A stretch of DNA of 64,000 bases, taken from assembly GCA_963779665.1 (NCBI GenBank), contig CAVZYW010000004.1:98211-162210 (forward strand). Direction: 5' to 3'. Shown in pieces: positions 11,483 to 21,015 of this stretch. This DNA is from an uncultured Solirubrobacteraceae bacterium (GTDB lineage Bacteria; Actinomycetota; Thermoleophilia; Solirubrobacterales; Solirubrobacteraceae). The notes beneath the pieces are model-generated. The model was not told the DNA's origin. It ran no database searches and saw only the letters and a program-made list of their open reading frames with translations. The stretch's first letter is position 1, and each line of letters begins with the position of its first letter. Both the position numbers and the translations under genes were made by a program.

Positions 11483-12049
11483 ATGCTAGACGATGATGCC
11501 AGAGAGAGTGCCGTGCGAAAGGTGCTCGGGTCCAACCTGCGGAGGACTCGGGTCGCGCGCCATCTGTCGCTCTCCGAGCTCGCCCGTGCGACAGACATGA
11601 GCAAGGCGACCCTGTCTGTGATCGAGAGCGGCCGCGCCAATCCCACGATCGAGACGCTTGCCGCCCTGGCCCGTGCGCTACACGTCTCGTTCACCGAACT
11701 GCTGGAAGAACCAACTCTCGGAGAGATCCGCGTGGTGCGCTCCACGCGCACGCAGACACAACACGACGACGCGGTGCGAGCGCTCGAGGAGTCCTCTTCG
11801 GCCGGCGGCTTCGACGTGCTGGAACTGGCGCTCGGAGCGCGTCAGCTCTATGCGCTCGACGCAAAGCCGGTCGGTGCTCGCGCGCACCTGTATGTGCTGG
11901 CCGGCAGCCTGATAGCCGGCCCAGCTGAGCGCTACACCGAGCTGGCAAGCGGCGACTACGCGTCGTTCCCGGCCGACGTCGCTCAGATCTACGAGGCGGT
12001 GCGCCGCCCCGCCCGCGCGCTGTTGCTGACGCAGGTGCCCAACCGCTGA
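11483..12049 (+). CDS. XRE HTH + cupin transcriptional regulator
   Basis: LSLSELARATDMSKATLSVIESGRANPTIETL; C-terminal cupin-like SGDYASFPADV. Confidence 0.85.
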   Translation: MLDDDARESAVRKVLGSNLRRTRVARHLSLSELARATDMSKATLSVIESGRANPTIETLAALARALHVSFTELLEEPTLGEIRVVRSTRTQTQHDDAVRALEESSSAGGFDVLELALGARQLYALDAKPVGARAHLYVLAGSLIAGPAERYTELASGDYASFPADVAQIYEAVRRPARALLLTQVPNR

Positions 12050-12095
12050 GGCACCAGGCACGAGGCACGGACGGGATCCATAGCAGCGCAGAGAG

Positions 12096-12365
12096 TCAAG
12101 CCGAGCGTGACTGCTCAGGTGGCGAGAGATCGATTTGCAGCTGCCGGGGAGATGGGCGCAGCGGCTCACTCGTCTGCCGCGGCCGTCCACGCTTGACCCA
12201 GTGTCCGAGGACCTCCCTGCTGCGACACGTGTAGTGGTTGACCCGCCGATCTGTCGGCTGGATCGCCAGCCCGCCAGGCGCCGTCCCGGTGACAATCGCG
12301 TGGAAGCGTCGGCCTTTGTGGTCGACCTCGACGATGTCCCCCGCCTGGATGCCTTCGAGCCGCAT
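12096..12365 (-). CDS. Small hypothetical protein (SH3-like barrel suspected)
   Basis: Beta-rich GDIVEVDHKGRRFHAIVTG; CAGGAG RBS-like upstream. Confidence 0.6.
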   Translation of the reverse strand: MRLEGIQAGDIVEVDHKGRRFHAIVTGTAPGGLAIQPTDRRVNHYTCRSREVLGHWVKRGRPRQTSEPLRPSPRQLQIDLSPPEQSRSA

Positions 12366-12480
12366 TCATGGCAACTCCAGCAGGAACGACGCCGCGATGC
12401 CAGCCCGTCCTGTGCACGCTCGGCTCACAAGCGCCCGGCCCACACGGCGCCCGGCATGCTCAGGACATAGGCTGCACTTG

Positions 12481-12855
12481 GTGCGCTGGCTCGTAGACGG
12501 GATGAACGTGATCGGCACGCGGCCCGATGCATGGTGGAAGGACCGCCATCGCGCCATGGTCAACCTCGTCGACATGCTCGAGCGCTGGGCTGCCTCCAGC
12601 GGCGCCGACATCACGGTCGTATTCGAGCAGCCTCCCTCCCCTCCGATCCGCTCGACGGTCATCTACGTAGCGCATGCGCCGCGCCCGCGGCGTGACTCGG
12701 CCGACGACGAGATCGTCCGCCTCGTCCTCGCAGACGCCACCCCGGGAGCGATCCGCGTGGTCACCTCCGATCTGTGGCTGACCGACCGCGTGCATGCCGC
12801 CGGTGCGACCGTCGAGCCCTCGGCGCCGTTTCGAGCGCTGATCGAAGACTCATGA
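12481..12855 (+). CDS. NYN (PIN-like, YacP-type) domain protein
   Basis: WLVDGMNVIG, VVFE, SADDEI, VVTSD acidic motifs. Confidence 0.85.
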   Translation: MRWLVDGMNVIGTRPDAWWKDRHRAMVNLVDMLERWAASSGADITVVFEQPPSPPIRSTVIYVAHAPRPRRDSADDEIVRLVLADATPGAIRVVTSDLWLTDRVHAAGATVEPSAPFRALIEDS

Positions 12856-14186
12856 TTCTCCCCAGCACGCGCTACGCGCGTAGCGGTGACGCGAGCATCG
12901 CCTACCAGGTCGCCGGCGACGGACCGCTCGACATGGTCTTCCTGACGGGCTGGCTGACCCAGCTGGAGCAGCTGTGGGAGGCACCGTCCAATCGCCGCTT
13001 CCTCGAACGGCTCGCCGAGTTCGGCCGGCTGATCCTGTTCGACAGTCGTGGGACGGGACTGTCGGAGCGGGTGCTCGAGACCTACACGGTCGAGCAGGAG
13101 GTACTGGATGTGATCGCCGTGCTCAACGCCGCCGGCAGCGAACGCGCGGCGGTGTTCACCTACGCGCAGGGTGGCCTCGTCGGCGCGCAGCTCGCTGCCG
13201 ACTGTCCCGAGCGCGTCGGCGCGCTGATCATGTACGCATCCACCGCACGCACCTCATGGGCCCCCGACTACGACTGGGCGATGACGAACGGGGAGCGCGA
13301 GGCGTTGGGCGAGCGGACGATCGCCACGTGGGGCGAGGACAACAGCGATGCCATGTCGGCGTGGGCGCCATCGATGGCGCGCGACCCGGCGCTGGTGACA
13401 TGGTTCGCGCGGATGCAGCGCCTGGCCGCGAGCCCGAGCGAGGCACGGATCATCTACAGGGCGATGGTGGACATCGACGTGCGCCATGTGCTGCCGCGCA
13501 TCCACGTGCCGACGCTGATCATGCATCGACCCAACGAGCAGGTGTGGGACGTACGTCATTCGCGCTATCTGGCCGAGCACATCCCCGGCGCGCGCTATGT
13601 CGAGCTGGCAGGAATCGACTCGTTCCCGTTCCTCGGCGACAGCGAAGCCATCGTCCAGGAGATCGAGGAGTTCCTGACCGGTGTGCGCAGCGGCGGCGAG
13701 CGTACCCGCGCTCTGATGACGGTGATGTTCACGGACATCGTCGACGCGACAGCGCACGCAGCACGCGTCGGAGACGGGCGCTGGCGTGACCTGCTCGCGC
13801 ACCACGACAGCGACGTGCGCGAGGAGCTCGCACGCTTCGGCGGCCGTGAGGTCAAGACGGTGGGAGATGGCTTCCTGGCGACGTTCGACGGCCCCCCATC
13901 GAGCGCGCTGCGCGCCGCGCTGGCCATCACCGCGGCCGCCCGCAAGTTGGGGGTGGAGGTGCGAATCGGCGTGCACACCGGCGAGTGCGAGCTGATCGGC
14001 GAGGACGTCGGCGGCATGGCCGTGCATATCGCCTCGCGTGTCAACGGCCTTGCCGGCCCCGGCGAGGTGCTCGTGTCGGGCACGGTGTTCGGAACCGTCG
14101 TCGGTGGGCCCTTCACATTCGAGGACCGCGGCTTTCACGAGCTCAAGGGCGTGCCTGGACGCTGGCCGTTGTTCGCCCTCGGCTGA
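12852..14186 (+). CDS. Alpha/beta hydrolase fused to class III nucleotidyl cyclase (LipJ-like)
   Basis: FDSRGTGLS hydrolase fold; VMFTDIVD, KTVGDGFLATF, RIGVHTGE, ELKGVPG; ATGA overlap with the NYN gene. Confidence 0.9.
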   Translation: MILPSTRYARSGDASIAYQVAGDGPLDMVFLTGWLTQLEQLWEAPSNRRFLERLAEFGRLILFDSRGTGLSERVLETYTVEQEVLDVIAVLNAAGSERAAVFTYAQGGLVGAQLAADCPERVGALIMYASTARTSWAPDYDWAMTNGEREALGERTIATWGEDNSDAMSAWAPSMARDPALVTWFARMQRLAASPSEARIIYRAMVDIDVRHVLPRIHVPTLIMHRPNEQVWDVRHSRYLAEHIPGARYVELAGIDSFPFLGDSEAIVQEIEEFLTGVRSGGERTRALMTVMFTDIVDATAHAARVGDGRWRDLLAHHDSDVREELARFGGREVKTVGDGFLATFDGPPSSALRAALAITAAARKLGVEVRIGVHTGECELIGEDVGGMAVHIASRVNGLAGPGEVLVSGTVFGTVVGGPFTFEDRGFHELKGVPGRWPLFALG

Positions 14187-14244
14187 GCACGCTGAGAGAA
14201 CATCGAGGCTCACGGGACCTCCGTAGAACGCTTCTAACCTGCTG

Positions 14245-15480
14245 GTGGTGAGCAGCGAGAAAACAGCCCAGCGCCCAATGTCGCGAGCGCTGGTGCTGCT
14301 GATGGCGTTCACGTGTGGTGCAGCGGTCGCGAACATCTACTACGCGCAGCCGCTGCTGAGCACGATCGCGCATCATTTCTCGATCTCCGACGGCACTGCC
14401 GGGCTGGTGGTGACGGCCTCGCAGGTCGGCTATGCGGCCGGCCTGGTGCTGCTGGTGCCGCTGGGCGACCTGCTCGAGCGCCGCCGCCTGATCACGCGGA
14501 TCATGCTGGTCACGGTGCTCGCGCTGGCGGCCACCGCAGCCAGTCCCAGCTTCACACTGCTGGCCGCTGCGCTGGTGCTGGTGGGGCTGACGTCGGTGGT
14601 GGCACAGATCGTCGTGCCGCTGGCGAGCATGCTCGCGCCCGAGCACGAGCGCGGACGGGTGGTGGGCAACGTCATGAGCGGCCTGCTGGTCGGGATCCTC
14701 GTGGCGCGCACTGCCAGCGGCGTGATCGCCGAGCTCGGCGGCTGGCGGCTCGTGTTCGGGATCTCCGCGGTGCTGATGCTGGTGCTGTGTGCCGTGCTGC
14801 GGGTGGCCCTGCCGGAAGTGCGTCCGACGACGACCCTCTCCTATCCAAGCTTGCTGCGATCGGTGACTCGACTGGTGGCCGAGCAGCCCACGCTGCGGGT
14901 GCGCATGCTCTACGGCGCACTCGGGATGGGCCAGTTCAGCGTTCTGTGGACCACCATCGCGTTCCTGCTCTCAGGCTCGCCGTACCACTACGGGACCGCC
15001 ACCATCGGCCTGTTCGGCCTCGTCGGGCTGGCCGGTGCGCTCGCGGCACAGGCAGCCGGGCGCCTTGCCGACCGCGGACACCACCATCGCTCCACCGGCT
15101 CGTTCTTCCTGCTGATGCTCGTCTCCTGGGCCCTGATCGCCGCAGGGAGCACCTCGCTGGGCGCGCTGATCGTGGGGATCGCCCTGCTGGACCTCGGTAT
15201 CCAAGGGGCCCAGATCACCAACCAGAGCGTCATCTACCGGCTGGCGCCCTCCGCGCGCAGCCGCCTGACGACCGCATACATGACCGCCGTGTTCGCTTCT
15301 GCGGCGATCTCCTCGGCGCTGGCCTCGGCGATCTATGAGGCCGGCGGCTGGAGCGCCGTCGCCGCGCTGGGTGGCGGGCTAGCCGGCGCGGGGGTGCTGG
15401 TGTGGATCTTCGAGCAGGCGGTGATGCGACGGCGTCACGAGGGAGCGCAGGACGCTGTGCAGGTGCCGTCTCGCCCCTGA
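14245..15480 (+). CDS. MFS transporter
   Basis: About 12 TM segments, ANIYYAQPLL, LGDLLERRRL. Confidence 0.9.
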   Translation: MVSSEKTAQRPMSRALVLLMAFTCGAAVANIYYAQPLLSTIAHHFSISDGTAGLVVTASQVGYAAGLVLLVPLGDLLERRRLITRIMLVTVLALAATAASPSFTLLAAALVLVGLTSVVAQIVVPLASMLAPEHERGRVVGNVMSGLLVGILVARTASGVIAELGGWRLVFGISAVLMLVLCAVLRVALPEVRPTTTLSYPSLLRSVTRLVAEQPTLRVRMLYGALGMGQFSVLWTTIAFLLSGSPYHYGTATIGLFGLVGLAGALAAQAAGRLADRGHHHRSTGSFFLLMLVSWALIAAGSTSLGALIVGIALLDLGIQGAQITNQSVIYRLAPSARSRLTTAYMTAVFASAAISSALASAIYEAGGWSAVAALGGGLAGAGVLVWIFEQAVMRRRHEGAQDAVQVPSRP

Positions 15481-15500
15481 AAGCGGTCTCCCCCGCGCGC

Positions 15501-16367
15501 TCAGACGGCCGCACCGTCGAGCATCGCAGCAAAGCGCCTGGCGAAGGTGTGCGCATCGCCGGGCCACCGAGCGGAGAGGTAGCTCTCGCTACGGACGACG
15601 AAGGCGGGACGCTCGTCGCTGATGCTGTCCCGCGCCCGGCCGCCGGACTTCAGCCTGGCGTCCGCTTCTCCGGGGTCGACGTCGCGAAAGTCCTCGGGAC
15701 TGGCCAATGCGCGTGTCACCTCTTGCTGCACCGACATGTACCCCGCAGGCTCGCCCGGCTGCTCACGGTAGGTGCGGTAATAGCCCGCATCCCAGAAGCG
15801 CGTGACCCGAGCCAGCTGCCACGCGCGGCCCTCCAACGCCCACGTGAGGGCCGTGGTGCGGTGTCCGAACAGCACCGAGCGTCCGGTGCTGTGATCGATG
15901 CTCCTAGCGGCCAGCAGCACGCCGTGACAGATTGCTGCGACCGGCATCTTCCGCGCAAACCCCTCAGCCACGAGCGACTGCAGCACAGAGCTCTCCAGAT
16001 ACCGGCGCATGCCGCGGGCGCGATGGCCACCAGGGAGCAACAGGCCGTCGACGCTGTCGAGATCGACCTCGCCCCAAGCCGTCGGCTGTAGGAAGCTGGG
16101 AGCGCTCAGCAGCTCCGCGTATGCGGCTCGTCCGCGGGCGTCGGCCCGCAACACACGCCCGACCAGCACCAGACGCGACAGGCCGGGGAGGAGGCCCCAC
16201 AGATCGAGACCTTGGCCCGTGAGCATCAGCTCATCGCCCCGAGCGGAGCGGGCGTCGGGCGTTGCGAACCGGACATCGTGCCCAAGCTCGGTGAGCACCT
16301 TCCAGCTCACGGCCACCTCGGTGGGATCGAAGTCCAGCTCCGGTAGTGCGATCAAGACCGTGGCCAC
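15501..16367 (-). CDS. DJ-1/PfpI (type 1 glutamine amidotransferase-like) protein
   Basis: DFDPTEVAV, LLPGGH, AAICHG, SARWPGDA. Confidence 0.85.
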   Translation of the reverse strand: MATVLIALPELDFDPTEVAVSWKVLTELGHDVRFATPDARSARGDELMLTGQGLDLWGLLPGLSRLVLVGRVLRADARGRAAYAELLSAPSFLQPTAWGEVDLDSVDGLLLPGGHRARGMRRYLESSVLQSLVAEGFARKMPVAAICHGVLLAARSIDHSTGRSVLFGHRTTALTWALEGRAWQLARVTRFWDAGYYRTYREQPGEPAGYMSVQQEVTRALASPEDFRDVDPGEADARLKSGGRARDSISDERPAFVVRSESYLSARWPGDAHTFARRFAAMLDGAAV

Positions 16368-16465
16368 TTGTGGTGTCTCCTCAGGCCAGGTCGTGCGGCC
16401 GTGTCTTTATCGTAATGGGTATACGGACACGTTGCTGGCGCCGCTCGACCGGCCAGGCTGCATGA

Positions 16466-17893
16466 CTATCTCCTGACCCACCAACCGACTGCGGTGAGTT
16501 TCACAACTTCTTTGACTGCTTCGCCTTTGAGGTTGTAAAGCTTCAGAAGTAGCGTGTTGTACTGTTCGCTGGGGCGACCGGCCGGTTCGGCCGTGAGGAT
16601 GTATTTCGCCCGCTGCGCACCCTGTATTTCAGCGCCGTACGCCCTCGGTATCGTGCGCTGGCTCACGGGCACTTCCACAACCCCTTCCGCAGAGGTTTCG
16701 AGCGACTCCGTGATGTACATCTCCCCAAAAACCTCTTCCACATTGCTCGCCTGCGACGAACGCGCCCAGGTTTCCTGAAATTCTGTTTCTTCTATTTGTT
16801 TATATGTATAGAAGCCGTAGAAGGAGACTATGCCTTTGGCCCGCGAATCATAAAGGTAGTTAAGTAGCGCTTCTTTGACGCCCTGTTTGGATAGTTCCGG
16901 GCCAGCTACACCGCCTTCGCCGGTTACCGCGTTGCCCATCTCCGTGATGTGCATCGGAGCCGACAGCCCCTGTTCACGGAGAATTTCCATCAACGTGAAC
17001 GTGCTCAGCCACCCCTGTTCGTTAGGGAGTTCGCCGGTTGAGCCGTCGGTCGTATGCCCGGTCATGCGACCGTAGGGATGAAAGCTCCAGGCATCTGGGA
17101 CCTTCGGCGCTTCCGTGATTTCGGCGAGATGCTCGCACACTAGATAGCACCAGCCGCCGCCGAATTCCGCCTGGCTAAAGGAGTTTGACGCTGTCGTGGT
17201 TGCCGCCACCACAGCACCAGCCGCATGGGCCACCGCAGTCGCCGTATCCAGCGTGACGACGTTCCCCACGACTTTCGAGTATTCGATGACTTCCTTTTCA
17301 AAGCTGATGCGTCCGCTCGCAGCCATCCCTGTGGTGCTCACCAGTTCCACCGTCGTCGCACCTTTCACCGCTTCTTTTTTGAGCGTGGTGTTTAGACGAA
17401 GTTCATTCTTCTGGACGTCTCCCCACGCATTCGCGAGGAGCGTGATCCCGTATTCTTTACAAATTTTGTGTGCGACGGCGTAGCCTTCGGCGTATTCTTT
17501 TGGTGAATAGAGCTGATACCATTCGTCATACGCCTCGTTGAGAAACTCCAGTTCGGTAATAGCTTCATATTTGACTTTTTCGTTCAGTTCTTTGATCCAT
17601 TTGCAGATCGCGCGGATATCTTCTTCGATCTGAGCGTGTGTGAGCAGTTTGAAGAACTGCTTTTCTTCGCCGGAGACTTCAACGCGGGGTACGTAGATGG
17701 GAAGCGCCGTGTACGCCTGTCCTTTTTTGACGAATGTTTCCACGACCGAAATGCCTTCTCGACCGAAGCTCAACGTTCGAGCGCTGCCCGGCCCCGCACC
17801 GATGTTTTCGCGCGCCAGTTTTATGTTGGCTTTTTCTGCATTCGTCGCAGCAAGCTTGTAAAGCCCGTTGAGACCCAGTTTGAGTGCTGCCAT
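16466..17893 (-). CDS. Lower-GC hypothetical protein with clan GH-A glycoside-hydrolase-like motifs and an inserted beta-rich domain
   Basis: GGAGG RBS; EFLNEAY, WSFHPYG, MHITEMG; K/E-rich; many A/T-ending codons. Confidence 0.65.
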   Translation of the reverse strand: MAALKLGLNGLYKLAATNAEKANIKLARENIGAGPGSARTLSFGREGISVVETFVKKGQAYTALPIYVPRVEVSGEEKQFFKLLTHAQIEEDIRAICKWIKELNEKVKYEAITELEFLNEAYDEWYQLYSPKEYAEGYAVAHKICKEYGITLLANAWGDVQKNELRLNTTLKKEAVKGATTVELVSTTGMAASGRISFEKEVIEYSKVVGNVVTLDTATAVAHAAGAVVAATTTASNSFSQAEFGGGWCYLVCEHLAEITEAPKVPDAWSFHPYGRMTGHTTDGSTGELPNEQGWLSTFTLMEILREQGLSAPMHITEMGNAVTGEGGVAGPELSKQGVKEALLNYLYDSRAKGIVSFYGFYTYKQIEETEFQETWARSSQASNVEEVFGEMYITESLETSAEGVVEVPVSQRTIPRAYGAEIQGAQRAKYILTAEPAGRPSEQYNTLLLKLYNLKGEAVKEVVKLTAVGWWVRR

Positions 17894-18049
17894 GCTGCCT
17901 CCTAAGCTCGTGGGCCGCCGAGTAGAGCCCCAGCGACCCGAAGAAGATCCGTGGGCCCACCATAACCGGATGCGAATCCAGTTGCCCGAAAAATGCGAGC
18001 CACTCAACGTATGTTCGAGCTCGATCCCCCGATCGCGGTCGCGCCGGTG

Positions 18050-18190
18050 CGCTGGGGAGTTGGATCGCGGCCATCCCGACGCCGCCGGCGCCTGCGTTCA
18101 CCAGCACGGTCTGGCCCTTCATTTTCGCCACTCCTTTCGCCTCAAACGCCGCGCCGTCACGAGCAGGCGGCAGCAGCCAGCCACGCGTGC
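18050..18190 (-). pseudogene. Fragment of an MDR (quinone reductase/Zn-ADH) family gene
   Basis: GQTVLVNAGAGGVGMAAIQL Rossmann motif, rest of the protein missing. Confidence 0.6.
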
Positions 18191-18212
18191 CGGCTAGGAT
18201 CCCCAAGCATCA

Positions 18213-18902
18213 ATGATCCCTACGGCAGGAACAAGTCGAAAAAATGACCCCGACGCGAGCTCTACGGAGCCCACGCGCTGCGACAGCCCGCGTTCGGCTC
18301 CTCGTCGACGGCGTCGGTGGCTGAGGGAACTCGACTCTCCTCTGGGGCGCGAGTTCGAGGACGCCGGAGCGCTCTCCTGCGCTGAACTCGTCGAGCTTTC
18401 GGCCGAGCCGCTTCGCAGGTGTGCAAGCCCGCAGACGATCGAAGAGTGGTGGCAGTACGCGTATCGACGCGGATGGCTCGAAGATCACGGCTATGAGTGC
18501 TGTCGTCTCACCGCGTTTGGCAGAGCCGAGCTCCGAGATCGCCGTGAGCGCGACGCCTGGCCCGAGCCCGGATCTATAGGCCGCGCAATCCTCAAGTGGC
18601 TGCTTCCCGCTGGCGCAGCCGGCACGTTCGCCGTCTATCTCTCCGGAGGGCTCCCAGCCTCGGTAGTAGTGATCGTCGCGGCGGCGATCGTTCTTGGGAT
18701 CGGTTTGATCGTGGTCTCCCCCATCTCGAGGTGGCTCGACCGAGTTGCCGAGCGTCTGGTTGCTCAGCACGCATGCCGCTGGCTCGACGACCGTCCAGTG
18801 CGACTCGCGAGAGACGGCGCTGACCAAGCCGTCAAAGCAACGAGGCTCTACGGGGTCGACGACCCCTCGCCTCCCGGCTCGGATCGCCGGGACCAGCGTT
18901 AG
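18213..18902 (+). CDS. Hypothetical membrane protein
   Basis: 229-aa ORF with two hydrophobic helices after a wHTH-like segment (RRGWLE..RLTAFG). Confidence 0.55.
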   Translation: MIPTAGTSRKNDPDASSTEPTRCDSPRSAPRRRRRWLRELDSPLGREFEDAGALSCAELVELSAEPLRRCASPQTIEEWWQYAYRRGWLEDHGYECCRLTAFGRAELRDRRERDAWPEPGSIGRAILKWLLPAGAAGTFAVYLSGGLPASVVVIVAAAIVLGIGLIVVSPISRWLDRVAERLVAQHACRWLDDRPVRLARDGADQAVKATRLYGVDDPSPPGSDRRDQR

Positions 18903-18942
18903 CGGCAGCTTTGTTGACGACGGCGCCCACGCTTCGCGGGCA

Positions 18943-20007
18943 TCAACGTTGCGACAGTCGGCGGATAGCAACCGGTGCGTGATCGCGTGCCCACGCGGCC
19001 AGTAGAGGGTCGGTTATGGCCCACCGCTGTTTCTCTGGCGAGAAGACTTGACCGCGCGCGCGCATGCGGGTAAGTGCATCGTTGATGCTCTTGGGATTAA
19101 GGTGAAGCTCATAAGGACCTACTCCTCGAGCGATCGCACACACGACGGTGGGCGCTGCGCGATGCACACTGCCGAGAAGTCGGAATTGCTGAGCGGAGGA
19201 AGGCTCGGTGACGTCCCGCAGCGCATGCCATGCAGCGAGCGCGCGATCGCGAGGCTCGCCTGGGTGCGCACCAGCTGAATCGACTATCCGCCAAACGTAG
19301 GCTGGGGCGCCAGCAGCAAGGTCGGCTGCGACCCCGATTACGCCAACGGGAGCTTTGACCCATGGGCGTCCGATAGCTAGGTCGTCCACGAACCTATGAG
19401 GCTTGGGGCGCCGAATTTGGAAGATGCTGCCTGCGCGATACAGCGGGTGCTCATGATCATGGAGCGCGGACGCGAGCCGACCGTCGACTCGCCCGACCAA
19501 GAGCTGCTGCACCGAGCCAGGGCGCTGGTGCTCGGCGCGAAGCGTTCCGAGCACCGCGCGTGCAGCCGGCCGGCTGAGGCGCTCGAGCAGATCGTCTAGG
19601 TGGTCGATTGCCAGCAGTCCGTGCTGCTCGGAGAGATCGCCAGCGAGTTCGAGTGCGTGACGGAGCTGCTCGTGCACCACCCCAGTACCGCTGCGTAGTT
19701 GCTCAAGGTCGATCCCTCGTACCGAGAGGCGACGTGACAGTCGTAGCCCCTCCGGGTCCACGACGCTCGTGCCGTTCCACCAGCTAGCCGCACGTGGTAC
19801 GAATTGAGTCACTGCAGCGGCTGCGATCGCTCTGGCGAGATCCAGGCCGTCACCGGCTGTGCGGGCGTCGACCGCGAGAACGGGTCGATCGAGGTCACCG
19901 AGTGCGATCGCCAGGAGAGCACTCGTACCGCTCAAGGGGTCGCTCTCAATGACGAGGAGATCTGGATTCTCCGCGAGGCTGATAGTGAGCTCTTGATGCT
20001 CGCTCAT
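18943..20007 (-). CDS. Degenerate archaeal-type/STAND-like ATPase with C-terminal wHTH
   Basis: ESDPLSGTS at the Walker A position, LLAIDHLD at Walker B, AGAPAYV, C-terminal WAITDPLLAAW. Confidence 0.6.
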   Translation of the reverse strand: MSEHQELTISLAENPDLLVIESDPLSGTSALLAIALGDLDRPVLAVDARTAGDGLDLARAIAAAAVTQFVPRAASWWNGTSVVDPEGLRLSRRLSVRGIDLEQLRSGTGVVHEQLRHALELAGDLSEQHGLLAIDHLDDLLERLSRPAARAVLGTLRAEHQRPGSVQQLLVGRVDGRLASALHDHEHPLYRAGSIFQIRRPKPHRFVDDLAIGRPWVKAPVGVIGVAADLAAGAPAYVWRIVDSAGAHPGEPRDRALAAWHALRDVTEPSSAQQFRLLGSVHRAAPTVVCAIARGVGPYELHLNPKSINDALTRMRARGQVFSPEKQRWAITDPLLAAWARDHAPVAIRRLSQR

Positions 20008-20047
20008 CAGGCCAATTAGCCATCGTGCAGGTGGCTGTGACAGTGAG

Positions 20048-20962
20048 TTAGTCGTCTTCCTCGAGGCGGGCACGCGCCTCCTCCAATCCCTTGCTGAGCA
20101 CGAAGTCGTCGATCGTGTCGCTCTGCACGCGACGCGCGTTCTGACCGACAAGGAGACAGCCGACCATCGTGTCGTAGGGGCGTTCCTCGCCAAACTCGAG
20201 GATGCGCTCGAGTCGATCCCCAGAAATCGATAGAGCGGCACGCTCGAAGCGGTCCTGGAGCGGTGCCCGCCATTGATCAAAAGGGATCGTCGCGGCGAGC
20301 GCAAGACGCTGGCCTAGGCGAGCCAGACTGTATGGCGCACCCATTAGCTGCTCGATCGTTCGCTCGTTACTACCGTCCACAAGCAACACCACGTCAGGAT
20401 TGCCGGCATAGATATCCACGAGGTCACGAATGAGCCCGACGCCGTCCGAGTAATCCACAGCCCGTTGCAGCTCGTCGAGGAAGAGCGCGACCTTGCACCC
20501 GTGCTGACGGGCGACCGCAAGCGGAAGCTCCAGAACCCTTCGACGGGTCGCGTCCGGAATAGCTGCTCCGAGCTCAGATAGATCGAGCGGAATACCCTGC
20601 TGAGCTAGGAGGCTCTGAACCGCCGGAACGGCCGCCTTGAGCAGACCCTGCGAGATCCTCTTCAAGTCAAGCCGAGCTGCACGATCGATCAGCAGCTGAC
20701 ACACACCTTCGGCACTGCTCTGCTCGGGCACTTCGACTTCGATAACGAGAAAATCGTGAGCGTCTCGTAGCGTCGCGCAGGCGGCACCACATACGCTCGT
20801 CTTGCCCGCGCGACGTGGGCCGCTCAGTACGAGGTGGACGAACTCCTGCAAACGCTCTACGAGATCGGCGACATCGCCCTGTCTGCCGACCATTTGCTCC
20901 GGTGCAACGCGCCCGCCTGCTGGGAACAGCTGTCCGAGTGCTACCAAGCTCCGATCTTCCAT
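20048..20962 (-). CDS. Archaeal-type/STAND-like P-loop ATPase
   Basis: MVGRQGD, Walker A GPRRAGKTS, Walker B LFLDELQ. Confidence 0.8.
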   Translation of the reverse strand: MEDRSLVALGQLFPAGGRVAPEQMVGRQGDVADLVERLQEFVHLVLSGPRRAGKTSVCGAACATLRDAHDFLVIEVEVPEQSSAEGVCQLLIDRAARLDLKRISQGLLKAAVPAVQSLLAQQGIPLDLSELGAAIPDATRRRVLELPLAVARQHGCKVALFLDELQRAVDYSDGVGLIRDLVDIYAGNPDVVLLVDGSNERTIEQLMGAPYSLARLGQRLALAATIPFDQWRAPLQDRFERAALSISGDRLERILEFGEERPYDTMVGCLLVGQNARRVQSDTIDDFVLSKGLEEARARLEEDD

Positions 20963-21015
20963 GAGTGCCAGCTTACCAAATAGAAAGGTAGAGCTTTCCA
21001 ATACGAAAGCCGTAT

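Noticed and set aside
16389-16402. GTCGTGCGGCCG as a possible att copy of the tRNA-Pro 3' end
   Set aside because: Short, imperfect and expected by chance at this GC content.
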